From NCBI GenBank assembly GCA_012798565.1, contig JAAZMX010000036.1, positions 1 through 40,309 of the forward strand: a stretch of 40,309 nt of DNA, given 5' to 3'. Source of the stretch: Candidatus Kuenenbacteria bacterium. GTDB lineage: Bacteria; Patescibacteriota; Patescibacteriia; UBA2196; GWA2-42-15. Under the pieces are notes generated by a model, which saw only the letters and a list, made by a program, of their open reading frames with translations, searched no databases and was not told where the DNA came from. Made by a program: the position numbers and the translations under genes. Positions 9,066 through 17,309 of the stretch are shown in pieces. How positions within the stretch are numbered: the first letter of the stretch is position 1; each line of letters starts with the position of its first letter.

Positions 9066-9701
9066 TCAACTTCTTTTTCCTGCAAATTCAAACCAATAAA
9101 TTCTTGTTCCAAAAAAAACTTTATTTTCTTCCGCTATCCTCAATATTTCTTCCTCTAGATTACCCTTAAAACTCTGTAATTGTTTTTTTAGTTCAGCAAT
9201 CGCTTTTTCATTTTCATTAAAAGCTTCCCGTCTTAATCTTGATAATTCATTTTCATCTACATTATCATGCAATGCCTTCCTATACTCCCTCATTTTTTCA
9301 TTTGCCTTCGCCATCATTTCACTTGTATCAACTCCCTGAATATCCAAATCCAACAAAATCATTACTTTAATATTTTCTTTTATTATCTCAATTTCCTGTT
9401 TTTTTATTTCTTGATAATTACTCGCCTTTTCTTCACACCCAGAATAAATGTCATGCACTTTATCTTTAATTTTAGCGAAAAGTTGATTTAATTCTACGGA
9501 TGTCTTCCATCCTTTTTTTACTTCATCTTCTTTGGCAATCTCTTGTGTTACTATTTCTTCATCATCTTCTTGAACCAAGATAGCCCAATCCTTTTCCAAA
9601 GAATTAATTTCTCTGTATACCTCTAATAATAACTCGCTCATTTTTTTATCTTTTTCTTCACCATCGCCAATCATAAAGACCCCGCCTCTTTGATTAAGCA
9701 A
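9066..9701 (-). CDS. Hypothetical coiled-coil protein, possibly interrupted by a stop
   Basis: 211-aa ORF rich in E/K heptads. The same frame stays open upstream to an in-frame TAG (9771-9773) preceded by an ATG at 9809. Confidence 0.45.
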   Translation of the reverse strand: MLNQRGGVFMIGDGEEKDKKMSELLLEVYREINSLEKDWAILVQEDDEEIVTQEIAKEDEVKKGWKTSVELNQLFAKIKDKVHDIYSGCEEKASNYQEIKKQEIEIIKENIKVMILLDLDIQGVDTSEMMAKANEKMREYRKALHDNVDENELSRLRREAFNENEKAIAELKKQLQSFKGNLEEEILRIAEENKVFFGTRIYWFEFAGKRS

Positions 9702-9832
9702 AGATTCTATTTTTGATAATCTCTCATACGCCTTTTGTCTTCTCGATAGTATATGCTCTATTTTTTCTTCCTATGTCTTTTCACCAGACTTCCCTATTTC
9801 ATTAATCATATTTTTATAAATTAATTATACAA

Positions 9833-10468
9833 TTAATTATTTACATGTTCCTCTGCTTCAGCCATAGCCGCTAACACAATGGCCACAAATTTCTCCTTCG
9901 GTATTCCGAGCTCACTCTCGCAAGTATAAATATTTTCCCTACTCACGGCTGCGGCAAAACGCGCTTCTTTAAATCTTTTCAAAACTGATTCTAATTTTAC
10001 TGAAGAAACTAATTTATCCGGCAAAATTTTTGATACAGCTACAATAAATCCAGTTAAACCATCAACCGCGAACAGTGCTTTGGCTAATCTGGAATCCCGC
10101 GGAATATTTTGCACTTCATTATGTGATTGAATCACGCGAATCAGATCATCAGGAAAATCAATCTCTTTTAAAAACTTTTCCGTCAGGGGTCCGCAATGTT
10201 CCTGCATGTGGGCCTCCATATTCTCCTTGCCAGTAATTTGTTCATAATCAATATCATGAAGTAAACCGCACATCGCCCAAGTGTGCTCATCCTCCCCGCC
10301 CTGTGCGGGTCCGCCTCGGGCGGAACGCCCATTAAAATATCTTGCCAATGCCCCCATCGCCGCTTCTGTATTCAACAAATGCAATCTACCTTCCGGCGAC
10401 ACGTATTTCTCCACCAACTGCCAGCATTTTTCTCTGGGGATTTGTAATTTTGATAAATTATTTTCCAT
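9833..10468 (-). CDS. HD-domain phosphohydrolase
   Basis: 211 aa. GLLHDIDYE HD motif. Contains an in-frame GC-rich hairpin insertion at 10290-10326. Confidence 0.7.
   Translation of the reverse strand: MENNLSKLQIPREKCWQLVEKYVSPEGRLHLLNTEAAMGALARYFNGRSARGGPAQGGEDEHTWAMCGLLHDIDYEQITGKENMEAHMQEHCGPLTEKFLKEIDFPDDLIRVIQSHNEVQNIPRDSRLAKALFAVDGLTGFIVAVSKILPDKLVSSVKLESVLKRFKEARFAAAVSRENIYTCESELGIPKEKFVAIVLAAMAEAEEHVNN
10290..10326. repeat. Twin GC-rich hairpin element in-frame within the HD-domain gene
   Basis: cccgc-cctgt-gcggg (10295-10309) and tccgcc-tcg-ggcgga (10310-10324). Shares atcctcccc with the rsmI copy. Confidence 0.65.
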
Positions 10469-10501
10469 AATTCCTTATTCATTATTCATAATTCATAATT
10501 C

Positions 10502-10843
10502 TTAATTCACTTCTTTCCTCGCCGCCAAGGCGTATTGCATAAAATATTTATCTAAGTCTTCTGGTGCGTAACCGTAATTCTCCCTTCCATAAAAAACTTC
10601 GGCGCAAATTTCTTTAGCTCTTAAAATTTCCCTCAAAGCGCCCCGAGCGTGCCACCGCTTGTCGTCAATTGTTAAATCAAATAAATCAAAGGCTCTTTCC
10701 ATAGCCATATTCATTCTTTCTTTTTCACCGCGTTTCAAATAAATTACTGCGCGTCCGATCTCACTGCCGATATTGCCCATTTGTTCGGCCAAAGACAACT
10801 GGAACCACCTGCCATTGGCTAAATTTTGATGTATGAAATCCAT
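10502..10843 (-). CDS. Hypothetical protein
   Basis: 113-aa ORF, abutting the next ORF with no gap. Confidence 0.45.
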   Translation of the reverse strand: MDFIHQNLANGRWFQLSLAEQMGNIGSEIGRAVIYLKRGEKERMNMAMERAFDLFDLTIDDKRWHARGALREILRAKEICAEVFYGRENYGYAPEDLDKYFMQYALAARKEVN

Positions 10844-11191
10844 TTAATTATTTTTTACGAATTTATTTACGATTTCGATTATTCTTTTTCTAATTGCTTC
10901 ATCTTCCACGTTACGCGAGCGATTATTTTGCTTAGGCCGGATATTTATCATGGAATCAAATTCTACAAAATTTTCTGTGCCAAAAAATTCCGGATATAAG
11001 TTTATGCCCCACAAATCTTTTTGCTCCGAACCATTTTCCAACATTATTTGCTCTAAATCAGCGTGCATATCAGCATCAAGAGCCATTTCCCCTTTCTCCA
11101 CATCCACCACCGCTTTAACCAAACCACCATACATCTTTTCTGACATCTGTTGCAATTCCGCTAAATTTATTTTTTCAGTAATTATTTGCAT
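10844..11191 (-). CDS. Hypothetical protein (DUF5674-like)
   Basis: 115 aa. The pattern KAVVDVEKGEMALDADMHADLE..DLWGINLYPE resembles DUF5674, recalled from memory and not searched. Confidence 0.45.
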   Translation of the reverse strand: MQIITEKINLAELQQMSEKMYGGLVKAVVDVEKGEMALDADMHADLEQIMLENGSEQKDLWGINLYPEFFGTENFVEFDSMINIRPKQNNRSRNVEDEAIRKRIIEIVNKFVKNN

Positions 11192-11195
11192 AAAA

Positions 11196-11540
11196 TTATT
11201 TTAAAATACTAGCACGCTCTAAAAACAAAATAATCTTTTCACTAATTATTTTCAAAAAAATAGGAACATCATCATAGACCAAAACTTTAAAAAATATCCA
11301 AGCAATACAAATTCCGCCGATCAAAAAAATAACAAGGTTAATTTTTTTCCTCCATGACATATTCCGCAGCTGCTCATTCAAATCAATAATGGACACCTCG
11401 CTAAAAAACAATAAATACGTGATCAGAAAAGCACAAAACAAAATAATGATAAAAATCAACGCTGGCGACAAACCAGTTGTAAGCAAAAATTTTAAAACTG
11501 GTGATAATGTTTCTGATACTGCGCTTTGCGGTTGATTCAT
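11196..11540 (-). CDS. Hypothetical membrane protein
   Basis: 114 aa with about three hydrophobic helices. Confidence 0.45.
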   Translation of the reverse strand: MNQPQSAVSETLSPVLKFLLTTGLSPALIFIIILFCAFLITYLLFFSEVSIIDLNEQLRNMSWRKKINLVIFLIGGICIAWIFFKVLVYDDVPIFLKIISEKIILFLERASILK

Positions 11541-11566
11541 AAAAATTAAATCCTGTTTTAATGTTT

Positions 11567-13051
11567 TTATGCTTTGATGCTCTCTTGCCCCTGCGGTCTC
11601 ATCAACGGAAACAACACTACATCTCGCAAATTCGTTTGCCCTGTCAAAAGCGTTAGCAAACGTTCTACCCCAAGTCCCCAGCCGGAAATCGGCGGCATAC
11701 CATATTCCATAGCCAAAATATAATCATCATCACCTGCCTGCGCTTCCGCGTCGCCTTTCTTGGCCGCTTCAGCTTGCTCTTTAAATCTCTCCGCTTGGTC
11801 TTTGGGATCCACCAATTCCGAATAAGCTTTCACGATCTCCCAGCCATTAATCAAAAGTTGGAACTGCTCCACTTTGGTTTTATCCTCATCGCTTCTCCTC
11901 GCCAAGGGTTGCAATTCCACCGGATAATTGTACAAAAACACCGGCCCGACAATATTTGGTCTGGAAACTTTTTTATAAAGCGCGTCCACCAAACTGCCAT
12001 AACCCATATTTTTCATTTCTTCAATTTCAATGCCCTGTTTTTTAATTTCTTTTTGTAATTCTTTGGCATCTTTTATTTTTTCAATATCAATGCCCGAATC
12101 TTTTTTTATCATAGCAATATAATCAACCCTTTTCCAAGGGGTGGTAAAATCCACTTCCCTTTCCTTTCCATCTTTGCCTATAACTTTCATTTTTTTAGGC
12201 AAATTCAATTTCTCAAATAAATAATCAAACATCCTCTCGGTAAATTTCATGTTATCTTCAAAATTCCAATAAGCTGCGTAGTGTTCCAAACTTATATGCT
12301 CAGGCAAATGCGACGGATCAAAACCTTCATTGCGAAAAACCTTGCCGAGTTCAAATACTTTTTCATAACCGCCCACGATTAATTCTTTTAAAGGCAACTC
12401 CAAAGAAATTCTAAGAAACACATCAATATCCAAACCATTATTATGAGTTTTATAAGGCTTGGCCGAAGCGCCGGTTGGTGAATGCATCAAAGTTTGCGTC
12501 TCTACTTCACTAAAACCCTCTCTCCAATAAAATTCCCGTAAAGCGCGCATCATTGCCGAGCGCAATTTGAATCTTTCTTTTGTTTCTTCATTGGCAATCA
12601 AATCCAAATATCTTTGGCGATAACACGCCTCTTCATCTTTCAATCCATGCCACTTTTCCGGCATCGGCCGCAAGGCCTTACCCAAAAATTCAAACTTTTT
12701 TACGAGCAATGTCTTCTCGCCTTTATGCGTGGTAAATACTTCGCCCTCAACCCCAATAAAATCACCCATGTCAAAAATCTCTTGAAACAATTTAAATTTT
12801 TCTTTCCCCACCTCATCAGCTTTAATGGCAATCTGCGCCCGAGCACTCCAATCTTGAAGATGCACAAAAATTAGCTTACCCATCGCCCTGATGGTCATAA
12901 TTCTTCCGGCCGTCTTCAACCTCCTGCCGTCCTCTGTGTTTTTTATCTCCCAAACCTTATTTTTCTTATCAAATTTAGCCGGATAAGGGTTTATCCCCAT
13001 CTCTCGTATTTTAGCCAATTTTTCTTGTCTTGTTTGTTGTTCGTCCAGCAT
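11567..13051 (-). CDS. lysS: Lysyl-tRNA synthetase (class II)
   Basis: 494 aa. OB anticodon-binding domain and class II motifs (FRNEG, GGLGIGxDRL-like GWGLGVERL). Confidence 0.95.
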   Translation of the reverse strand: MLDEQQTRQEKLAKIREMGINPYPAKFDKKNKVWEIKNTEDGRRLKTAGRIMTIRAMGKLIFVHLQDWSARAQIAIKADEVGKEKFKLFQEIFDMGDFIGVEGEVFTTHKGEKTLLVKKFEFLGKALRPMPEKWHGLKDEEACYRQRYLDLIANEETKERFKLRSAMMRALREFYWREGFSEVETQTLMHSPTGASAKPYKTHNNGLDIDVFLRISLELPLKELIVGGYEKVFELGKVFRNEGFDPSHLPEHISLEHYAAYWNFEDNMKFTERMFDYLFEKLNLPKKMKVIGKDGKEREVDFTTPWKRVDYIAMIKKDSGIDIEKIKDAKELQKEIKKQGIEIEEMKNMGYGSLVDALYKKVSRPNIVGPVFLYNYPVELQPLARRSDEDKTKVEQFQLLINGWEIVKAYSELVDPKDQAERFKEQAEAAKKGDAEAQAGDDDYILAMEYGMPPISGWGLGVERLLTLLTGQTNLRDVVLFPLMRPQGQESIKA

Positions 13052-13099
13052 ATTTTAATGAATTTTAATTGTTTCTATATATCCTAATTTTACTGGAAA

Positions 13100-13145
13100 A
13101 GCGCCAAAAAATCAAACAAAGCAAAAGAGCCGCAAACTATGCGGC
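13100..13145 (-). terminator. Rho-independent terminator after the dehydrogenase-like gene
   Basis: Stem gccgca / tgcggc (13129-13145), followed on the minus strand by tcttttgctttgtttgatttttt. Confidence 0.6.
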
Positions 13146-13178
13146 CCTGGCATTATTCATTATTCATAATTCATTATT

Positions 13179-13958
13179 CTAACTCATATACTTCTTGTTC
13201 GCCTCAATCACTTGCCTGATCAAACTCAAATCTACTCCCAACTCTTTGGCCCTTTCCACGATCGCTGCTGTATCTTTGGGCAAACAAGCCCCCCGCACAC
13301 CACGTTTACCGTCAAAAAATATCTGAAAATGTGAATCATTAATTCTTTTATCCAAAGCCATGCCCTTGTGCACCATCTCATAGTCAATCCCCAAAGCCTG
13401 GCATAAATCATAAAGCTCATTAGCAAAGATCACTTTCATAGCATAATAAGAATTAGTGGTATATTTTATCATCTCTGCTTCTGTCGCTTTGCAAATCAAG
13501 GTATTGCCCTTGGGCAAAATTTCTGCTACCTCTTTGGCGAGATCAGGATATTTCTTGGTATAACCGACCACGTTTTTGTCAGGATAGGCGAAATCTTCTG
13601 CCGCGAATTTGGCCGTCAAAAATTCCGGACAATACGCCAGCATCTTATTCGGATATTTTTCCTGCAACCTTTCCGTAGTTCCCGGTACTACGGTCGATTT
13701 AAGAATAATTTTTTTGCCCTCGGGAATTTTTTCTATGGTTTCTTCCACCGCCGTTAAATTTATTTTTCCTCCCTCGCCCATCGGGGTTGGCACTGACACA
13801 AAAATATAATCCTGCTCGCACACTTCTTCAAAACTATGCGTCGCCAGCTTTGGGTCGAGGTCATAAACCCGCGCATTTTTGTAATACTGTTTGGCCGCGC
13901 TACCCACCATGCCCCCGCCAATAATCCCGATCGAATATTTGTCTGTATAATCAGGCAT
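13179..13958 (-). CDS. UDP-glucose/GDP-mannose dehydrogenase family protein (short form)
   Basis: 259 aa. GIIGGGMVGS Rossmann motif and a GACLPKD catalytic-Cys motif. Lacks the usual C-terminal domain. Confidence 0.65.
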   Translation of the reverse strand: MPDYTDKYSIGIIGGGMVGSAAKQYYKNARVYDLDPKLATHSFEEVCEQDYIFVSVPTPMGEGGKINLTAVEETIEKIPEGKKIILKSTVVPGTTERLQEKYPNKMLAYCPEFLTAKFAAEDFAYPDKNVVGYTKKYPDLAKEVAEILPKGNTLICKATEAEMIKYTTNSYYAMKVIFANELYDLCQALGIDYEMVHKGMALDKRINDSHFQIFFDGKRGVRGACLPKDTAAIVERAKELGVDLSLIRQVIEANKKYMS

Positions 13959-14111
13959 ACATTAAAATTTTTAATTTCTAATTTTTAATTTTTAAATAAA
14001 TCTCAATTTTTAATTTCCAAATAATTCGTTAATAGATTAATCCGCTAATAAATAATTTCTTATACTTAATACTAAATACTATATACTATATACTATATAC
14101 AAATACTTGAT

Positions 14112-15038
14112 TTATCTTTGGCATTTTGGACAATACGCGGTCGTCCTAGAACCTTGTTTCATCGATTTGATAATATTTCGACATCTTGGACACTTCTCCC
14201 CTGATCGGTCGTACACTTTTAAATATTCTATCATATTTCCCTGTCGGCCAAAAGCATCCACATAATTGTCCGCCGAAGTTCCCTTCTTCTCTACTGCCAA
14301 TTTTAATATTCTTATCAAACAATCATACAATTCTTTTAACTCAGCGTTGCTAATATCTTTCACTCTCCGGTTGGGCACTATTCCGGCGCAAAAACACGCC
14401 TCCTGCGCGTAAATATTGCCTACGCCAGCGATGGAATCCTGCTCCATCAAGAGCGGCTTAATTACCTTGCCTTTTTTCTTTAACAATAATTCTTTAAATT
14501 TTTCAAAAGTAAATTCCTTCTCCAGTGGTTCCACCCCGAACTCCTTGTCAATCTTATTCAGCTCCTCCTTATCAACCAATTTGACCCACCCAAATTGCCG
14601 CAAATCATTAAAAAACAACCTGCTCCCATCATGAAAATTAAAAATCACATGTGAATATTTATTGGGTAAATTTATCAAAAGTTTATCCCGAGCGGAGTCG
14701 AGGGATCCCATTTTCGCCCCACTTTTTTTATCTTTAACATCCCCATATTTTATCGGGTGTCCACCCCCAGCCAGTTTACCGCTCCGATCCCGATAAATCA
14801 GCTGCCCGGTCATCTTCAAATGAAAAACCAAATGCCACCCATTTTGTAAATCAAAAATAAGCATTTTGGCTCTGCGCCTGACTGCAGTAATTTTTTGCCC
14901 CTGAACCAATTTCAAAAATTTTGCCTTGGGCGCTTTCACCTGCTTGGCCAAATTTATGTCAACCGATTTTATTTTCTTATTTCTAATCAGCTCGGCCAAC
15001 TCTCTTTTAATTGTCTCTACTTCTGGCAATTCGGGCAT
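14112..15038 (-). CDS. mutM: Formamidopyrimidine-DNA glycosylase
   Basis: MPELPEVE N-terminus (the catalytic Pro2 favours the second ATG at 15038 over 15044), H2TH region and a C-terminal CPRC..CPKCQ zinc finger. Has an inserted loop with a GC-rich patch at 14684-14708. Confidence 0.9.
   Translation of the reverse strand: MPELPEVETIKRELAELIRNKKIKSVDINLAKQVKAPKAKFLKLVQGQKITAVRRRAKMLIFDLQNGWHLVFHLKMTGQLIYRDRSGKLAGGGHPIKYGDVKDKKSGAKMGSLDSARDKLLINLPNKYSHVIFNFHDGSRLFFNDLRQFGWVKLVDKEELNKIDKEFGVEPLEKEFTFEKFKELLLKKKGKVIKPLLMEQDSIAGVGNIYAQEACFCAGIVPNRRVKDISNAELKELYDCLIRILKLAVEKKGTSADNYVDAFGRQGNMIEYLKVYDRSGEKCPRCRNIIKSMKQGSRTTAYCPKCQR
14684..14708. repeat. GC-rich patch in-frame within fpg, related to the 23.66 kb intergenic element
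   Basis: The reverse complement gggatccctc-gactccgc-tcgggataaa shares both 10-nt flanks with 23662-23698 (gggatccctc...tcgggataaa). Confidence 0.6.
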
Positions 15039-15145
15039 ACCCATTAATTTTCAATTACTAAATTTTCAATTTCCAAACAATTAAAAAATATTTTAATTTT
15101 AAAATTGATAAATTGAAACATTGTTTGAAAATTGAAAATTGAAAA

Positions 15146-15397
15146 TTATTTTTCCTCCTCCGCCTTCAATTTTCTCTCCTTTTCTTCTTGCCCCCGGTTA
15201 TACCCTCCCGCTTTCCCATCTGACCGAATCACCCGATAGCAGGGAATTCTGGGATCATAGTTCTTATTCAAAATATTTCCCACTGCTCGGTAAGCCTTCG
15301 ACCTTCCAGCTGATTTTGCCACTTGTTTATAAGTCAAAACTTTTCCTTTCGGTATTTTAGCAACCACTCTCAAAACTTTTTCTCTGAATCCTTTCAT
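15146..15397 (-). CDS. Single-domain Ogt/MGMT-like DNA-binding domain protein
   Basis: 83 aa. Helix-turn-helix YKQVA..AGRSKAYRAVGN and an active-site-like IPCYRV (canonical PCHR with His replaced by Tyr). No N-terminal domain. Confidence 0.7.
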   Translation of the reverse strand: MKGFREKVLRVVAKIPKGKVLTYKQVAKSAGRSKAYRAVGNILNKNYDPRIPCYRVIRSDGKAGGYNRGQEEKERKLKAEEEK

Positions 15398-15937
15398 TTA
15401 AAATTTAAGACTTAAAATTTTTTGATAATATGACCCTTCTGGCCTCAATTCTGATTCCATCAAATTCACGCCTTCCACCCAAAATTCCTTTTGGCCCAGC
15501 TCCGGTTGGCTCAACTCTATTTTTCTCATCGGTTCCTTGAACCGCGCCAAAGTCACATGTGGCACCTGCTTTCTACTGCTGCCAACCTCTATAAAATCAC
15601 GCACTGATAATCTGCTCGCCGCTACCAAATCATCAAATTCTTTACTAGCTTCAAATTCAGCCCAGATCATCCCATAATCTCTTTGCTCTGGCGACCAGAC
15701 TACCCTGTCAAATCTCAGAATAAATTTCTGTCCGCCAAACAACTCTGCTTTTAATTTATCTTCTAAATCGCCGAGCTTTTCCAGGGCCACCTCACCCAAA
15801 AATACCGTGGTAATATGCAAATTTTCCTTTGGCGTCCAGCGTGCTTTTAATATCTTGGCATGGCTTTCCTGCCAATTGACCAATTCTCCCTTCATTTTCT
15901 CTGGCAAATCTATTGCCAAAAATAATCTCTTTGTCAT
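15398..15937 (-). CDS. thpR: RNA 2',3'-cyclic phosphodiesterase (2H family, LigT/ThpR)
   Basis: 179 aa with two HxT motifs (HITTVF, HVTLAR). Confidence 0.85.
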   Translation of the reverse strand: MTKRLFLAIDLPEKMKGELVNWQESHAKILKARWTPKENLHITTVFLGEVALEKLGDLEDKLKAELFGGQKFILRFDRVVWSPEQRDYGMIWAEFEASKEFDDLVAASRLSVRDFIEVGSSRKQVPHVTLARFKEPMRKIELSQPELGQKEFWVEGVNLMESELRPEGSYYQKILSLKF

Positions 15938-16025
15938 AAAGTTATTCTAACAAAATAACCATTCACTGGCAAAATCTTGATTAAAATCAAAGTTTATGTT
16001 AATCTAAAACTAAATTTAAACTAGT

Positions 16026-16111
16026 GGGTCGGTACCAAAGCGGTCAACTGGGGCAGACTGTAAATCTGCTGGCATTCGCCTTCGTTGGTTCGAATCCAAC
16101 CCGGCCCACCA
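16026..16111 (+). tRNA. tRNA-Tyr (anticodon GTA), encoded CCA
   Basis: Acceptor stem gggtcgg/ccggccc, anticodon stem gcaga/tctgc with loop ctGTAaa, long variable arm, T-arm gttgg-ttcgaat-ccaac, discriminator A then CCA. Confidence 0.9.
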
Positions 16112-16161
16112 CCTGTTAAAATAATTACAAATAAAAAATCCAAAAAAATAAGGAGCGGACA

Positions 16162-17159
16162 ATGAGTAAGACAAGTAGAACAAATAGAGAACGGCATGTG
16201 GCCCTAGAAGGGTATTTCATGTATCTCAAAGAAACAGCCAAGCTTGTTGATCCTTATGTATATACACATATTGAAAAACAGTTTGGGCAACTACCTTGGC
16301 TGAAGGGCCTAATTATCGACCGATATCGCTTCGGTCAACCACAGCTTAGACCAGCAACAGTACGTATGGCATATGAACTTGCTGGTGGTAAAGACTGGCA
16401 ACAGATTATACCCCTTTGCGCAGCGATGGAAGTCAAAGATACTGGGTATTATTGCTTCGATGAAATGCTTGATGTATCTGGTATTAGCGAATCTCTATTA
16501 ATGACTGGCTATTCTACCATAATATGGTATGGACAATGCTCAATGATCTCCCCTACCCTACAAAGTTGATTACTCAAGTTCGCCAAGCAATTCATGAGTT
16601 GGATCTCGATAACATGAATGGAATTAAAATTGAAACCGAGATGGCAAAAACCAAGTGCATGAATGAAGCGCTATATATGGAAAGGGTTAAGGGGTATAAC
16701 TTCTGGGAGCATGTGTTCCATGCAGGCGCCATCCTGGCACAAGCAAACGCCGAGATAATAGCACTAATCCAAAAAATAGGCCAATTTATAGGTATTGCAT
16801 ATATAATTGCGAGTGATACTTATGAATTTGGCAAAAATAATCTTGAGGATTTCCAATCTGGAAAAATTACCCTGCCTATCATTCATGCGCTTAAACAGAC
16901 GAATTCTGACGACATACAAACTCTCAAATCTTTGCATGGACGGAAGCTTACGACTGAGCTTCAAGAAAAAATTTGCCTAATTATGGTCAAGTGCGGGGCA
17001 ATCGACTATGGGAAGAGTGTAGCAAGAGAATGGTGCCAACAGGCCTTAAATCTTCTAAGGGAATTCAAAGATTCGCCAGTAAAAAATATCATCGAATTCT
17101 CCACCACGATAACACAACGCAACCGGTATTATACTAAACTTGAAACTTATCGAGAATAA
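16162..17159 (+). pseudogene. Polyprenyl (trans-isoprenyl) diphosphate synthase homolog, frameshifted, with degenerate Asp-rich motifs
   Basis: Two overlapping ORFs (16162-16569, 16524-17159), offset by -1. Blocks alignable to IspA: LRP..GG..AA.E, FARM position = FDEMLD, SARM position = SDTYE, GK.TLP, C-terminal ITQRN. AAGGAG SD 7 nt upstream of the ATG. Confidence 0.6.
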
Positions 17160-17172
17160 AAAGGAGTTAATT

Positions 17173-17209
17173 AAACTGGGACACTTATTAATCAAGGTGC
17201 CCCAGTTTT
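17173..17209 (+). terminator. Rho-independent terminator after the polyprenyl synthase homolog
   Basis: Stem ctgggacac / gtgccccag (one mismatch), flanked by aaa/ttt, followed by tttt. Confidence 0.6.
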
Positions 17210-17255
17210 AATTCCGTTGGCTCAGGGCTCCGACCTGAACTTAAATATTTATCAA

Positions 17256-17292
17256 TAAAAAAAGCCGCGATGATTTTGTCACCATCGCGGCT
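17256..17292 (-). terminator. Rho-independent terminator after the 94-aa ORF
   Basis: 10-bp stem agccgcgatg / catcgcggct, followed on the minus strand by ttttttt. Confidence 0.75.
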
Positions 17293-17309
17293 ATGACGCA
17301 CAAAGCTGC

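Noticed and set aside
13960-14110. AT-rich periodic repeats considered as a possible CRISPR array
   Set aside because: The units are 7-9 nt, contiguous and have no spacers. There are no cas genes.
16488-16569. Programmed -1 ribosomal frameshift in the polyprenyl synthase homolog
   Set aside because: There is no X XXY YYZ slippery heptamer or downstream structure in the overlap. A mutation or sequencing error is more parsimonious.
17212-17237. ttccgttggctcagggctccgacctg loosely resembles the T-arm of the tRNA-Tyr gene, suggesting a possible att remnant
   Set aside because: Only about 17 of 25 positions match and two gaps are needed. The loop is 10 nt. This is not enough to call a direct repeat or integration scar.
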